This document shows, in pieces, positions 11,443 to 25,159 of a DNA stretch of 64,000 nt (position 1 is its first letter; every line of letters begins with the position of its first letter). The DNA comes from Oculina patagonica (taxonomy: Eukaryota): contig NC_135758.1 in NCBI RefSeq assembly GCF_052425735.1, positions 806,001 to 870,000 on the forward strand. Reading direction: 5' to 3'. Made by a program: the position numbers and the translations under genes. The notes below the pieces were generated by a model. That model did no database searches and was not told the DNA's origin. It was given only the letters and a program-made list of their open reading frames with translations.

Positions 11443-14400
11443 ATGTGTGCCTCCGTGCATGAAGAGATTTTGGAAGCTCAGTGCCATGGGCATACTAACA
11501 TCTACTTGAATTATCGCAAGCTTAGCGAATTGCCGGAAGAACTACTAACTTTGTCCAAGATCAAGAAGCTTTATTTGAAGCGAAATGTGCTAAAGAAGTT
11601 GGTAAGATGCTTAATGCATACAACTTTTGACATGCACGCAGTCTTTTACTTAAGTCTTACAGATCTGTTGCACTGACTGTTTTTTCATTTTCGCACTTCA
11701 GCCAGCAGATATTTGGAAACTCGGAAATTTAGTAGAACTGTAAGTATGTGTAAACTTGATTTTTCAAGTGAATTTATACAATAAACTTAAATTAAAATTA
11801 GCTCCATATATCGACACATCAATGATGTGATTCTTTGGTTTTTTTCTGTTTTGCAGGTATTTGCATTCTAATGAACTTCATCAGCTACCAGATGGTATAG
11901 AATTATACTGAAGTTATATTATAATAGAAGACTAAATTGCTATTACGTGTACATGATTTGTACATTGATTGTTTACAACACATGCAGCCAGGTTTTTTTT
12001 ATTTTATATCTCAGGAAAATCCCAGCCTCGTAAAGTCTTGAGGCCATGTAACACCAAGCAATTTTGATTGCATTGCAACTTGCAACATGGCTACTTTTCT
12101 TTCAAATGCAACATTTTGTTGCATTGCAGGTTCGTACAATGGGGTGTAATGCACTGAAAAATTATTTTTGACAACTGACAATGCAATGTTTGCATTTGTG
12201 CATTGCAAGTTGCAAAGAAATTGCCTTGTGTAACCTGGCCTTTAGATTTTACCATGATATACTTACTAACCCCCATTCTGACAACAAATGATAATACTAG
12301 TGGGAGACTTTTAATAATTATATACTATCAGGGCCGTACCTAGCGGAGGGGGGGGGGGGTGCAGTTGCCCCCGCCAGGAAAACGAAATTTCTTACATAGT
12401 GTTTGATTTTGCTGGGCTGTTTTTGTGGCTATATTTGAGTTTGCCCCCACCGCGGACTGAGTTTGGCAGATTTATGAAACCAATTAATTTCTTTATATGG
12501 TGCTGTTTCCAGCAAATGTAAAGAATAGCTTGCATATAGCAATTCAGAAAGCCTGTCGTAGCACTGATAGGCATCAATCATTATCTTGATCACTTTTTTT
12601 GAATTATTTTCTTAGAAATTGGAAAGCTTTTGTCACTTGAAAAGTTAAATGTTTGCAATAACTTCCTGAAGAATCTGACTCCAGCCGTCAGTCAACTAAA
12701 GTCACTCACATCACTTCACCTTGCAAACAATCAGTTGTCATTTTTACCCAAAGGTAAGCATTTTAATAGGCTTGTTTTTCTCTGTTACATGAATATTTGT
12801 GGCAGATATAAAGCCACTATTTAACTTCTTTCTGTTTTGTTTTCAGGGCTGGGAAATCTTACAAATTTAAGGGATCTAAATGTCATGAATAACAGGCTTG
12901 AGTGGTTGCCATGGCAACTGTGTAATTGCTCATCACTCAAGATTCTGTCATTTGATGGGAATGCAGTTCAGAAGATTCCACGTCAATTACTGAGACATTC
13001 AGGACTGACTGAACTATATGCAAGTGGAAATAATCTTTCCACTTTACCTCAAGGTATTAGAATTTTCAACCTTATTCAGTTACATGTATGTCAGCAGAAT
13101 GTCACTGACAGCTATCCCAAGAGTGTGTTCCTGATGGTATTATCAGACTTACATTACACACAATGCCAAGAAGTAAAGATAATTGATAATTTATATCCCA
13201 TGATTTGAATGTCCACAGGTGATATTATGTTTTTTTTAAGACAATCAATGTCATCACCTCAACAAATTTTTGAAAAAGCGGACATCTTCACCAATGAGAT
13301 CCAAGTTATTTATCAATGAAAAAGGCTTGGGATTGGATGTTAAAGTGTATTAATGATTAACTAAACAATATTTGACTGTATTTTAATACAAATTAAACAT
13401 ATGGTATGGATGGATCAACGAAGATATTAGAGTTACATTTAGTTCTGACAAGTGCATATCAGACAAAAAATAGCTACACTACAAATACCAATAAGTCTGT
13501 TTCACCAAACACTGTAGGTTTAAAAACACAAATATGGCACGCCGTTGGGTTTGAGATCCCCGCAACACCGCAAGATGGGATTTTATTTACTGCAACACTG
13601 CATAAAAAAAATTAGCAACTCTGCAACACCGCAAACCCCTATGTCCCCTCCTTCACCAGGAGAAAATTTTACTCTGGGGGGATGGGGGTACTCCCTATAG
13701 TAGAGTATACAGGAAGGTATATAAAAGGTGGAGATTTCATGCGTTGGAGTATACAACAGGATAGGAAAACTGTCATTAAGTTATTTTATAGGACCTTTTA
13801 AAAATATCTTGAACAGACCTGGGGACGGAATGGTCGATTCATTTATTTGACAAATTATTAAGTAAAGAGATGTAGTACCTCTTCTGTATTCATAGGAATG
13901 TGGTACCATTTTCCTATTAAAGGTATATGGAAGGGTAACCTTTTCTGACAAAAATGGTATTATGAAAAGGTAAGGGTTATGACCTTGGGGCGGAGCCTCC
14001 CCGTGTAGCAACTTTTTTTAAGTACCGCCCTGGGATTTATTATGGCTTGACATCAAGCAAACTTATAGATGAATGGATGATTGAAATAAATACATTTTAG
14101 TTAACTAAAATATACTTTCCTTTACCAACTGGTTGTTATTGTGGCTTTACAGATTTGGATAAACTTATCTCACTGGAATCACTGATACTGGATAACAACA
14201 TTGAACTTCATATGCTACCAGCAACACTGCTGAAAATGGAGAATTTAAAGATGATCGGGTTAAGTTGGTATGCATCCTTTATTCAACTAAATCCTTGAAG
14301 TACCTAGAAGAATGATTAACAGGAAATTTTGCATTGTAATTTTAACACATTGTTAAACAAACAATTATTGACGAGAAAATTATAAATTATTACCTATAAA

Positions 14401-15996
14401 GAACTACATGGAATCACCACCGAATTCTTATTCATTCTGATCTTACAGTAGGAGAGTTTGGACACCTTTTCGGTGACCCATTCACATTCGGTGAGTAGGA
14501 TGGGTGTCTGTAAGGTGATCTGATGTTATACAGATTATAACATGCTATCCTGTTTTTTTTATAAGATGGGACCCCAATTTCTCAAACCATTGTTGATCGG
14601 CAAACCTTCCGATATCTCAAACCAAAAGTTGTTTCCCTGCTTCATTCAGTCAAACACTGTTATAGTTTTTGTTTCCCTTGAAGGCCCGGGAAATAAGTAT
14701 TTTAAATGTATTTAACTTCATTTATATCAATCAATAATAACCATACTGATAGTTTTCTTTTGTATAACTTCTTGTAGTTCCTTTGAAACGCTGCCCAGAG
14801 TGCAAAAAGATTCCATGGGTGAGTTATCATGTATTAAACAACTTAAATTATTATTATTATTTTTTTTTTTCGTGATAGCTTCTTGAAACTAATTTAACTG
14901 CCAGTCTATTCTCAGTGGGCCGATTCATTCCTGTTAGATGTAAAAAGTAAAATTAATACTGGAAATATTTGCTCAACAGATTTGCAACAAGTTCTAGATT
15001 TGGGGCGTGTCCTTAGCAAGAATGATGGAAGTGTTCCCCCACTGCTAGAGTTGTGCTTAAGAGCAGTCTATCCTCTTGGTAAGAACATCATTGTCGAACC
15101 GTTCTGTGTTTATTATATATAGATGCTTGTGTTCCTTATGTTTGACAGAACATCCCACACTCGGTCAGTATGTGACCAGCGCCAACAAAGTAAGCTCTTA
15201 AACGTTGACGTTAAACCCAAGTGAAATACCAGCCAATCACTACTTTAAAAATAATGTCAATAATGCAATGAGCCAATCAGAACTTGAAGCAAACCGTGTA
15301 GCTGGAGGAAAGTGCGGGAAAACACGCAACCGGCGGAGAGCGCTGGAAAACACGAAATCGGCGGAGATCGCGGAAAACACGCAACCGGCAGAAAGCGCGG
15401 GAAAACACGTGTTCCGGCGGAAAGCGCGGGAAGGCATGTAACCAGAAGAAGGGCGGGAAGACATTACCAGGCGTCAAACGCACTGGGCGTTCGCAGTTCC
15501 TGCCAAAATTGCCGCTTTTAACCGGAACGGGAAGTGACGTTATTTTTTGACCGCTGTGAAGGGAAGATATCCAAGCTTCTGCACGTGATAACATCTTTGC
15601 TAGAACGTCCCTACATTAACAAACGAAGACAATTTTCTCTGTTTCTTCGCGGTCTGAGTTTTCCACCTTATTAAAGGTTTAAACCTTGTTTTAATTTCTT
15701 ACTTATTTCACTTAACAGTTCAATCGCCCAGCGATGAAAACGTTTCGTCTCTTGTTCTGCCATCTCACTTGACCAACCTACTTAGAACACCAACTGGACA
15801 CTGTTTCATTTGCTGCAGTCCTTACTTCACAGCGGCATTCCTTCTGGAGGAAAGCGCTGACATAGCGCTACGAGTTGTAAATCCCAGCTCCGAAAGCTTA
15901 CAGAGATTGCGTGACACCGCGTGTTCTTTTGTCTTTTGTTGCTGCTCAAGAAGCTGTTTGGATGAAGTGTGTAGATTGCGTGACAATCTTGATTAA
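11443..15996 (+). CDS. LRRC28: LRRC28-like protein, copy 2, complete (~370 aa); exons 11443-11601, 11702-11739, 11857-11894, 12616-12753, 12847-13053, 14153-14267, 14778-14818, 14980-15078, 15719-15996
   Basis: Nine GT-AG exons sum to 1113 nt in frame. N-terminus 'HTNIYLNYRKLSELP...LYLKRN...LGNLVELYLHSN' matches LRRC28 (from memory). Alternative ATG at 11434. Confidence 0.85.
15232..15485. repeat. Dispersed repeat with ~22-bp GCGGGAAAACACGCAACCGGCG subrepeats
   Basis: Tandem GCGGGAAA units; decayed relatives near 56240-56410 and 58380-58480. Confidence 0.6.
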
Positions 15997-17594
15997 GAAG
16001 CAAATCCTCGTTTTGAGTTTTCTTTCGTGTTTAGCGGGGAAAGAATAGATCTATTGAAGAGAAATATTTATTCATTTAACGCTGACTTTTAAAAAACATT
16101 GCATTGAAGAATACAGTTCAGTTGTAAAATATCTTTGTACATATATTCGAAAAATTATCATTGTAACAGAACGAAGAACAAAGTTCTTGTTTTTACTCAA
16201 ATCATAACACAAGTGTATGGGCTTTCAAAAGTTGATTGTGTAACAGTTTTATTTGAAAAGATAAAAATTCATATTTATGTTGATTATACAGTTGTATAGT
16301 TATTATTTTGACCGAAATTTCTGGGATTATTATCCAACAAATTGCCACAATGCCCACTTATAGTTTATTTAGCTGTAAAGTGCATTTCAACGACAATTTG
16401 TTGAATAATAAAAAAATGAAACAATTATCCCGAAATATCAAAGACTGATTTTAGCCGACGAGGCTATTTTCCGAGTCGGCTAAAATCAGTCGATATTCCG
16501 AAAAATTGAGCAGGATAATTGTGGTTTTGAGAAGAACATTCAGTTCAACTCCTAAGTTCTCCTTATAATTTTGATACATTAGCAAAAAAAACAAGTGGTG
16601 AGAATATAGAGTCATCAGTTGAGAGATAATAAGTCTTGATGCAACACCAAACTATATGTCATCCCCTGACAACAATTACACTATTTTTAATATATTGCTT
16701 TCTGATGACTTTTAAACAACGAACACTACTTTGACAGCATTTGTCTTTTTCGCCTTTCCAGTTCAACTGTTCAATGGGAAAATGACAGATGCGAGATAGA
16801 TGACATAATTGGAAGTAGATATAATTACTTGCTTTTACATGTTTGAAAGACGATAACTTTATTTCATATGATCTTGGTCAGCATGCTATTTGACATAATA
16901 GTTTTGACATCACTTTTAATTACCTTCGATTTCAATGTTACTGCTCACCGACCTTGAAGTAGTTAGCAAACACAGTAATTTTTGCATTTTTGACGTTTTT
17001 AATAGAAAAGTAGTACATAACTGCAAATTGAAGTGTTGAAAAGTAATAACTTAACTAAAGGTGACATGCACTATTTAAATTACAGTTTTTTTTTTTAAAT
17101 AAAGGTTATTAATAAAAATATAAGCTATCGTGGGCTATCCGCGCAGGTGCCAGTTTGAGCATTTATATGAAACTACCATTGTTTCATTTAATTAAAATAT
17201 AAAAATTGCCAATTGAAAATGTTTCTTCGTAAAAACGTATTTTTCAAGGCCTATCAAAAAATCGCTATAATTAAACAGTGTTGTAAAAGTGTCATATATA
17301 TTTTTGTGTTATCAGCTCAGCTGCTGTAATTACAACTTTTACACGAAACGTGCGAGCTCTCGTCTTCTTTATGAGTCAGGATGTTTTCGCAACGCTTCTG
17401 TTTCCATACAAACGAACCTTCTTTGGCAAATTGTGTAAATGCCCCTGTAGGCGGTTCGCTTTTGTTCAAACGATTAAAGCTTGTTGTGTGCATTGTTCCG
17501 TGCGAGTGGGTTTGTTTCAACAAGCACAACAGAGCTGAATACATGTAGTTGTGAAAAGCTCTAGAACCTACCGGAGTTGAGTGACTTTCACAAA

Positions 17595-18824
17595 ATGAAC
17601 GACGACGAATATGGCAGTGCAGATGACAGCAACTTGTTTGAAGAAGAGTCGTTCACCGAACAATATCAAAATTATTTGGTATTCTCAAACGCAGTTTTGA
17701 TAATAGAACTCTTGTTGGCTGTCATCGGTGTCGTTGCGAATTGCACTGTTTGTGGTGTGCTTCTTCGAAAGAAACGACTATTGAAGAACTTTTCCACCTT
17801 TCACCTTTTCAACCTTGCGATAACTGACATCATATTTAGACTGGCTCTGACACCAGTGTTGCTGACCATCGAAAACACCGCTGTCAAACATGGAAGTAAC
17901 ACCGTTTGCAAGCTCGGCGCGTTCGGTAGCTACACCACATTAGCTGTCACATTCACGCTTCTGTTAGGAATTGCTTTCGATCGCTATGTCCACATTGTTC
18001 ATCCGATAAGAGCCAGGTCCATCACATGGAAACACAGCCGCAGTGTGGTCGTTATTTCATGGTTGTACTCGGCAGCTTGCTCTTCGCCATTCCTTTACAG
18101 CATGAAATACGTAAAAGCTGACTGGAATCTCACAGCTAATACAGAATACGAGCTTTGCCTCTCCACGTTAGGCCTACCATTTCAAATATCTTCTAGCGTA
18201 TTTCTTGTATTTGCGTTTTTAGTACCTCTAATTTTGATGGCTGTGGCGTACGGCAAGATTTTGAAAGTCCTCTGGGAGCGCGCTCGAAGTAAAGTTATCA
18301 ATTCCAAAATAGCAGAAGCTAAATTTCGTGCTGTGAAGATGATGATTGTAATCGTAGTGGCTTACTTTATAAGCTGGGGACCGAAACTCATATGGACTTG
18401 CCTACAAGCTTTTGAAATCATTTCTTTGGAATATCCAGTTGATTGGGACAGCTACGAAATTTCTTGGGAGGAATACTTGAGACAGGAGAAAAAGTACATA
18501 ATTTTACTTATTGTTGATGACACAGCAGATCTTTTCACTTTTACAAGTTCAATTTTAAATCCTGTGATATTTGGCTATTACAATATGTCTTTTCGAGAGG
18601 ACTTAAAGAAGTGTTGTTGCAGGAGGGATTGCTTTAAATGTTTTCAAAAATGCAACCGAAAGACCAAAACTCGAAATAAGACAGAGAAACAAAATGTCTT
18701 TGTTTTGGACACGCGAACGAAAACTACTGAAAATATTGCTTTAGGAGACAGAGTAAAAACATTTGAAAATGTTTGTGCTTTGGAAGACGAAGCAAATGAA
18801 GGGGATAACGTGACTAAGTTGTAA
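17595..18824 (+). CDS. Intronless rhodopsin-family GPCR type A (neuropeptide-receptor-like)
   Basis: 7 hydrophobic segments; NLAITD (TM2), DRY (TM3), W in TM4, SWGP (TM6), NPVIF (TM7). First ATG at 17595. Confidence 0.93.
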   Translation: MNDDEYGSADDSNLFEEESFTEQYQNYLVFSNAVLIIELLLAVIGVVANCTVCGVLLRKKRLLKNFSTFHLFNLAITDIIFRLALTPVLLTIENTAVKHGSNTVCKLGAFGSYTTLAVTFTLLLGIAFDRYVHIVHPIRARSITWKHSRSVVVISWLYSAACSSPFLYSMKYVKADWNLTANTEYELCLSTLGLPFQISSSVFLVFAFLVPLILMAVAYGKILKVLWERARSKVINSKIAEAKFRAVKMMIVIVVAYFISWGPKLIWTCLQAFEIISLEYPVDWDSYEISWEEYLRQEKKYIILLIVDDTADLFTFTSSILNPVIFGYYNMSFREDLKKCCCRRDCFKCFQKCNRKTKTRNKTEKQNVFVLDTRTKTTENIALGDRVKTFENVCALEDEANEGDNVTKL

Positions 18825-21800
18825 AGAGCAAACAAATGTTACATTTATATGAAGTGAAATTGAATGTTTTACATGTAAGAATGTTTTTCTTTATGCCATT
18901 TTTTGTTTTTCATTTGCATATCCTAACGATTAAATTTGCAATGGTAATACAACTGAGTGGATTTTAATTCAGCAAGTATTTAATTAAATCAGTTGAGTGG
19001 AGCCCGTAGAATAAGAGTGATTACAACAGGACGTCGCTACTTTAAACTCCCCATTTTTTCAAACAAAAGATATTTTCCTTGGACGTGGTAGTATTTTTGC
19101 AGTCATTTACTGTAAAAAAGGGAACTAAACCAAGTGCAACCCCGCTATATTTTATTTAAGCCTCGCTTTCTTGACCTGCGATAACAAAAGAATGAGTTTT
19201 TTAAAACATTAAAAACGTTTTATCTCAGGCAAAATCAATTATCACAATGTACAGTTAATATCGCATACTGTATTGGAGACCGTGCGAACTTCGTTGTTTG
19301 TAACAGCTCCTGATTTGAACTCTGCGACTTTATAGTAATTTCTCAAACTCATTAATAATTCATCAAGTTTAAACAAAGAAAATTATAACCGTGACGTTGG
19401 TTTAGAAACCCGATCTTAATTAGCATAGATTTTTACGATTTTATTTCTCCGTTTACTCCGTAGTTTTTGTTTCGATTGAGAAGATATATCAAACACTCGA
19501 GACAGTGTTTCATCGGCTATCCAAACACCTCGAATTTCGTCAAAAATACTCCGCTGCGCGTCGTATTTTCAACTCTCTTCTCGGTGTTTGGATATCCCGA
19601 TGAAACACTGCCTCTCGTGTTTGATATATTACTTAACCTATTCAAGTGTAATTTACACCCAAATAGGGAAGACACGAGAATTAGCTATTGTTATACTGTA
19701 CTGCTTCAATATATTTCTCAGAGGCGGCGGAGCGTTTTGAAACGGGGGGGGGGGGGGGGTGGGACTCGTCGTACACCAAGCCAAGCTTCACCTCCCCCCC
19801 CCCCCCGGGGGGGCGCATACCCCTACTTATATTTCTCAAAATGTCTTTTGCGAAGTTGACTCCTTTGCAATCTCAACCGGTGTGTCCGTAATCGATTTGT
19901 GACAATGCATTACTAGGCAGTTCAGACGATCCTGCCTTATGGTGCTTTTTGGGTATTTTGTTAGTCGTCGAAGGGCAGAAAGGGGCACTAAATTGTATGA
20001 CACGACGAAGACCAAATGCTGGCGGGGTTTTGTGTGACGACATCAAATTTTACAAAATGTAAAAACAAAACGGTTGATTCTATGAAGTGCTTCTTTGTCG
20101 ATATAATGGAATTGGATTTGAGTCGTTGAAAGTTTTCGTAACATTACTCGTGAAATGGTGAATATATGACAAACTTATGTATGTTATATATACTTTTATT
20201 AAATTTTCAGCCACGGATATTGCATTTCTAGCATTCTGATTGGTTCACTCAATCCCGGTTGTCAGCTCGTATACCTTAGTTTGACCTTATTTGGAAAATG
20301 ATTGCGTTACTGTTGCCAAACTAAAATTTTTCTGCGGGAAGCGACAGTTCCATTAAACAAATGGTTTTGAACAGCAAATTTGGCGAGCTTTATGAACAAG
20401 AAATAATTAGCGGTGCCTACAAAAACCAAAGAAATGCCATAGTAAATTAAACTACGCAAAACAAAAGGATAGTTGCGAAAAGTGTAATTAATAATACTTT
20501 TAAACTGAACGCACAGCAAGAGCGAGTGAATAAAGTAGAAAAGCAGCAAATAATTTAAGAAAGAACGGCAAACTGACACAGTTTCATTCAGTGTACGTCA
20601 TAAAACTAGGCTCAGCACTTCAGTAAAGTTGGTTACCTTTCAATCTTGGTTTTGTCCTTTCATACTTTAATAAACCTGTTCCACTTTGAGCTCAATTTCG
20701 CTTCAAATAATATAGCAGTCTTGATGACAGCCGTGGAGCCGTAAAGAAGTACAATGTAAACACTTGCTTCGTTCGACTTGCACAAGACTTGTAGTTTCCA
20801 GAAAAGGTTTTGCTTCGGATCTTCTCGTAAATCTTAACTGTTGTCACAATTTCCAGGATATTTAGACGACTTTAGAGGGGATTGTTTGAGGAAAATCTTC
20901 TAAAGAAAACTCTCTTGCTCGCTTTCCTCGTATGTTTCATTCAACTCAAGAAGTGAACACCGCGCCAGAAATTTTCGCGCCTCTTCATACTATCACTTCG
21001 TTTACATCAAAATGAAATGTCCATTCGATTTTAACTTGGGAAGAATTTAATAAAACAATTATTCCATTCGCCCTTGTTGGATACGAGTCGTTATAGCCAA
21101 CTCGGCGCTTCGCGCCTCGTTGGCTATTTACCACCTCGTATCCAACGCGGACTCATGGAATAATTAACAATTATTGGATGAGGTTGAGCATGATAGCGAT
21201 AATTATCAAGGCCAAAGTTTCTGTTATCTGCCGAAGCCGAAGGCTGAGGCGGATAACAGAAACTGAGGCCTTGATAATTATCGCTATCATGCGAAAACCG
21301 AATCCAATAATTGTTTTTTTATGCACATCCCTGAGCTGCACTTGTAAAGACAAGAGCGCGCATAAAACTATTGTCTGTAGGTATGACGTCACTTCTACAT
21401 ATGAAAAATCTAATGTCTGTAGGTATGACGTAAGAGAAACAGCAAGCAAGAATTAGCTGCGTGCTTATAGCCAATCAAAATCAAGCTGGTGACACCAATG
21501 TATAATAATTGTTAATTATATAGCCACAAGTGTTTTATTGGAAAATAGACCACTCGTGAAATTCATATGAAACTGCATTTATTACAAACAAATATGTCTC
21601 CCGGGCGTTAAAATAAAAAAGGGACAAACCAACGCCGGATTAACTTTGAAAACTGTACAGCCTAACAGATTTTCAAAACCCATATCGCAATCTGTTAAAA
21701 TCTTCTTCAATTTTTGTCCATCCGTACCTTCTTTTCTATTTGCTGCGTTATTGAAATGTTCCACTCGATTTATTTCACTCAATTTGGTGGCCATTTTCTT

Positions 21801-24024
21801 TTGTCTAAATTTGACTAAAATCCGTGACACAGTCCCATTAATTAAGGCTTCAATGGGATTCGATTTTTGAACGAGGCTGGGACTGATAAACCATGCTTCT
21901 ATACGTACAGCACAAAAAACCAACATGTTATCGAAGGGATCTGAATAACAGTTCAAGTCCACTAAGTAGGAATGTGTTGAAATAAATAATTAAAAAAAAA
22001 AAAACAGCATGGAAATTAAAAGTATTTTTAAGTGATTTTAATTTAATTTAAAAATTCAGCTAACACATCGCATTAACCTAGCTCTAACTACATGAGGATC
22101 GTCCATACCCTGTTGAATTATAAAATTACCCAGAATATAGATCACTAAGAAAAACTGTTTTATCCCATTTTCGTCATCAACAAAGCCTAGCTTTTTAATT
22201 TCAGGAAGACAATTAAGCTTCCCTGCTGTTGACATTAAAAACGTGGAAACAGCTGTAAGTTCATTTATGTTTTTATATTACTGAGGAAAACTGGTATTTT
22301 CGGGTTTACATGCCCTTTTAAGGTAAAATGATTGATTCATCTTTATTGTCGAAAAACTGCAATAAGCTGATCAATGGACCTGGCTAAAATCTTTTGCTCT
22401 TTAGTGGGCAGACAAACTCAAAACAACTTTGAGCTAAATATTTCCTTTTAACCAGCAAAACAGCATAACTGAGAAATGGAAACAAGCCCAGTGACAGTTG
22501 TAAATACGTCGATGTAATTAATGACAAAGCATTTTTAATTTCTAACTGACAGTACAACAAAACACCTAAATTACCCAAAATCCGTACTGAATGTAACATG
22601 TACAAAGAATATAATTCCCAAAGACGCTACGTTTATTTTCAGAATTAAGCACATCTCCGTAAGTGAGCGCCTTACACTGCTTATTCGTATTACAGACGAT
22701 ATTCAACAACACTTGTTTGATTGGCGGAAGAGTAAAAGAGGCCATTAGAAAGCGAAGACGACAAGTTACAATTATGACAATGTGCTTTCATAAACGCTTC
22801 AGTGAAATATACTTTCTCGCATTCCATGCAAACTTAAAAATTTCAAGATTATTGTTCTCTTAAAAAAATTTCCTCCTTTGATTTATCCCGAGTTCATAAA
22901 AAATAGAACCCTGCGAGTAAGCAGATATTACAGCAAACACTGGGGCTAAAAAAAAATGTGTTTTCCAGTTACCACTACCAACAATTTTTTCTGCTTTTTA
23001 ATTAGGTTTAATGAGAGCCTTGCTTAAACTACGAAGTTTACAGCTAGTGGCCCAAATACATTCAATCTTCTAAACAGTCAGTTTTGTTTGCCGGCATAAG
23101 TTTAGAAGCACCAATCGTTGAAGAAAATAAATGATAGAATATAGAAGTGGCCTTGGAGAAGATAAGAAACCACTGATAATGGTTATGTACAATTAGCAGG
23201 CTTCACTTTTATGTATAAGGCTTTCATGTTGTAAATTGTTCAACGATATATTCATAACACGCTACTGAAAAGTTCAATTCGTTTATTTGCAGTAATCGTG
23301 CAAATCGTGCAGTAATCGTGAACTGAGCTGTCTCCCTTAACAGTGATCATGAATTTTCGGTTAAAAATTCCAAATTGTTTGAAAAACAAAGCGTACTTCC
23401 AGACAATATTCACTGAAATTTTTGAGACTACTTTCATGATTCTTGCCGAATTGCTTACGTTCATTTAATTTTTTTGCCTGTTTTATCATTAAAAGTTAAA
23501 CATTGCCTTTGGCATTACAGCTGGTTCCGCTACACATTATGTAAAATCGAAAATATAGTAAATTTACCAAAACGATGTCAGTTTACCGATGGAAAAGGAA
23601 GTATATAGAAAAATATCGTTAAAATGCTTCTGGGTCAATATCTACCACCTTTGCTGTAAAGATCATTTATATATTTCATGCACATAATATAATTCATTTA
23701 TGGGCTAGCAACGGAAGCATGCATTGATTGGCTTGTCATGAGGTGACATTACAAAGCAGGTAGCAAAAAGTTTCACTACTCATTAGTAAGTAGATGGTCG
23801 ATATAGGCCACTTAGAAAAGGCTCACATTTTTATTTCGAAACTCCTTTTTCATTGAAACATTAGTAAGACTATCATTTTTAGTTTTCAATACTTTTTCAG
23901 TTGTACCGTCAATTAACTACAAGCTTTTCAGTGGTGTAAATATTAGGTTTCGGAAAGTAAATCTTGAAGAAAGTGTCACAGGTATATCGAGTGAGAGGTG
24001 ATAGAAAAGGACTTTGGTGAAATC

Positions 24025-24178
24025 ATGGAGTTGAATCATACAGAGGACGAAAATCTTACAGAATTCGACAACGAAAACTTTGATGAGGAATACCACGCCT
24101 TTGTGCCCAACATCTATGATACGTTTTCTGTATTTGGCTGGATTTTAATAATCTGTGGAATCACCGAAAATGTTGTCG
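24025..24178 (+). pseudogene. Truncated type-B GPCR fragment (N-terminus to mid-TM1 only)
   Basis: Near-identical to 25160-25313, then jumps after ~45 bp to sequence matching the 3' flank of the type-B gene (24222 onward matches 29218 onward). Confidence 0.88.
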
Positions 24179-25159
24179 ATTTAATTAAGTGGTTTTGAGC
24201 TATATTCTCGATGGGTGTCCCTGTTATGTAAATTCAAGCTGACAGACAAGTGTTTTATAAAACAGCTCTTTGAAAAGCTTTAATTGAAGCTACGACTAAA
24301 GCCGTTTTAATCATCGTTTGGCGACTGTATGAATTGAACAAATTTGTCTTTTTGAAATTAGGTTTGGTAAACTTCATTCATAATGACGGTCTACCGATCA
24401 CAACAGCTCCAGTGATATAGTCGTAATTTAGGTTATGCTGTACTGCTACAGTGTAATAAATGGTAAACAGCTGTCTGTCATTCATTATATTGACACATGT
24501 ATGTAATAGTTTCCCTAGTTTCCATTTTTTATCTTTTCTGCCAGTTTGACGTGAAAGAAAGTAATTAGTTGACTTGACCTTGTTTTATGTTTGTGGGTCA
24601 ATGAGAAATTAAAAATACGGAACTATATTACAAAATGAAAAACACATCACAGTAGTTCATTGTAATTTACCACTGCATTTTATCAATCGCAAAATTAATT
24701 CCAAGCAATTTCTCTGAATTTGACTTGATTTTACAGTTAACACTTTATTTATTCATTTAGAATTTATTTCGATAGGCAAATCAATGAAAAAAGAACGCAA
24801 ATAATCCTATCTGAGCTTTGTAAATGCGCTATATAAGCACCTATATCATTTATTCATTCATTCATTTGCAACACGCTTTTTAACCGGCTTCCCTGCCACA
24901 GCAAAGTACGTGTTCCTCACTTTGTTTATGGCAGAAACGCGTTTTGCAATGTTTTTATCACATGACTAAATCTCTTTTTTAACTCAGTAAATGTAAAAGC
25001 TTCGGTTTCCTTAAAACTTTTAGTGATATTATCTGTTTAATATTCCATACGTTTATTGCAAGCTCTGGATGTAAATATTAGGTTTCGAAAAGTAAATCTT
25101 GAAGAAAGTGTCACAGGTATATCGAGTGAGAGGTGATAGAAAAGGACTTCGGTGAAATC

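Noticed and set aside
21171-21456. Overlapping opposite-strand ORFs with similar translations
   Set aside because: Artefact of the 150-bp palindrome.
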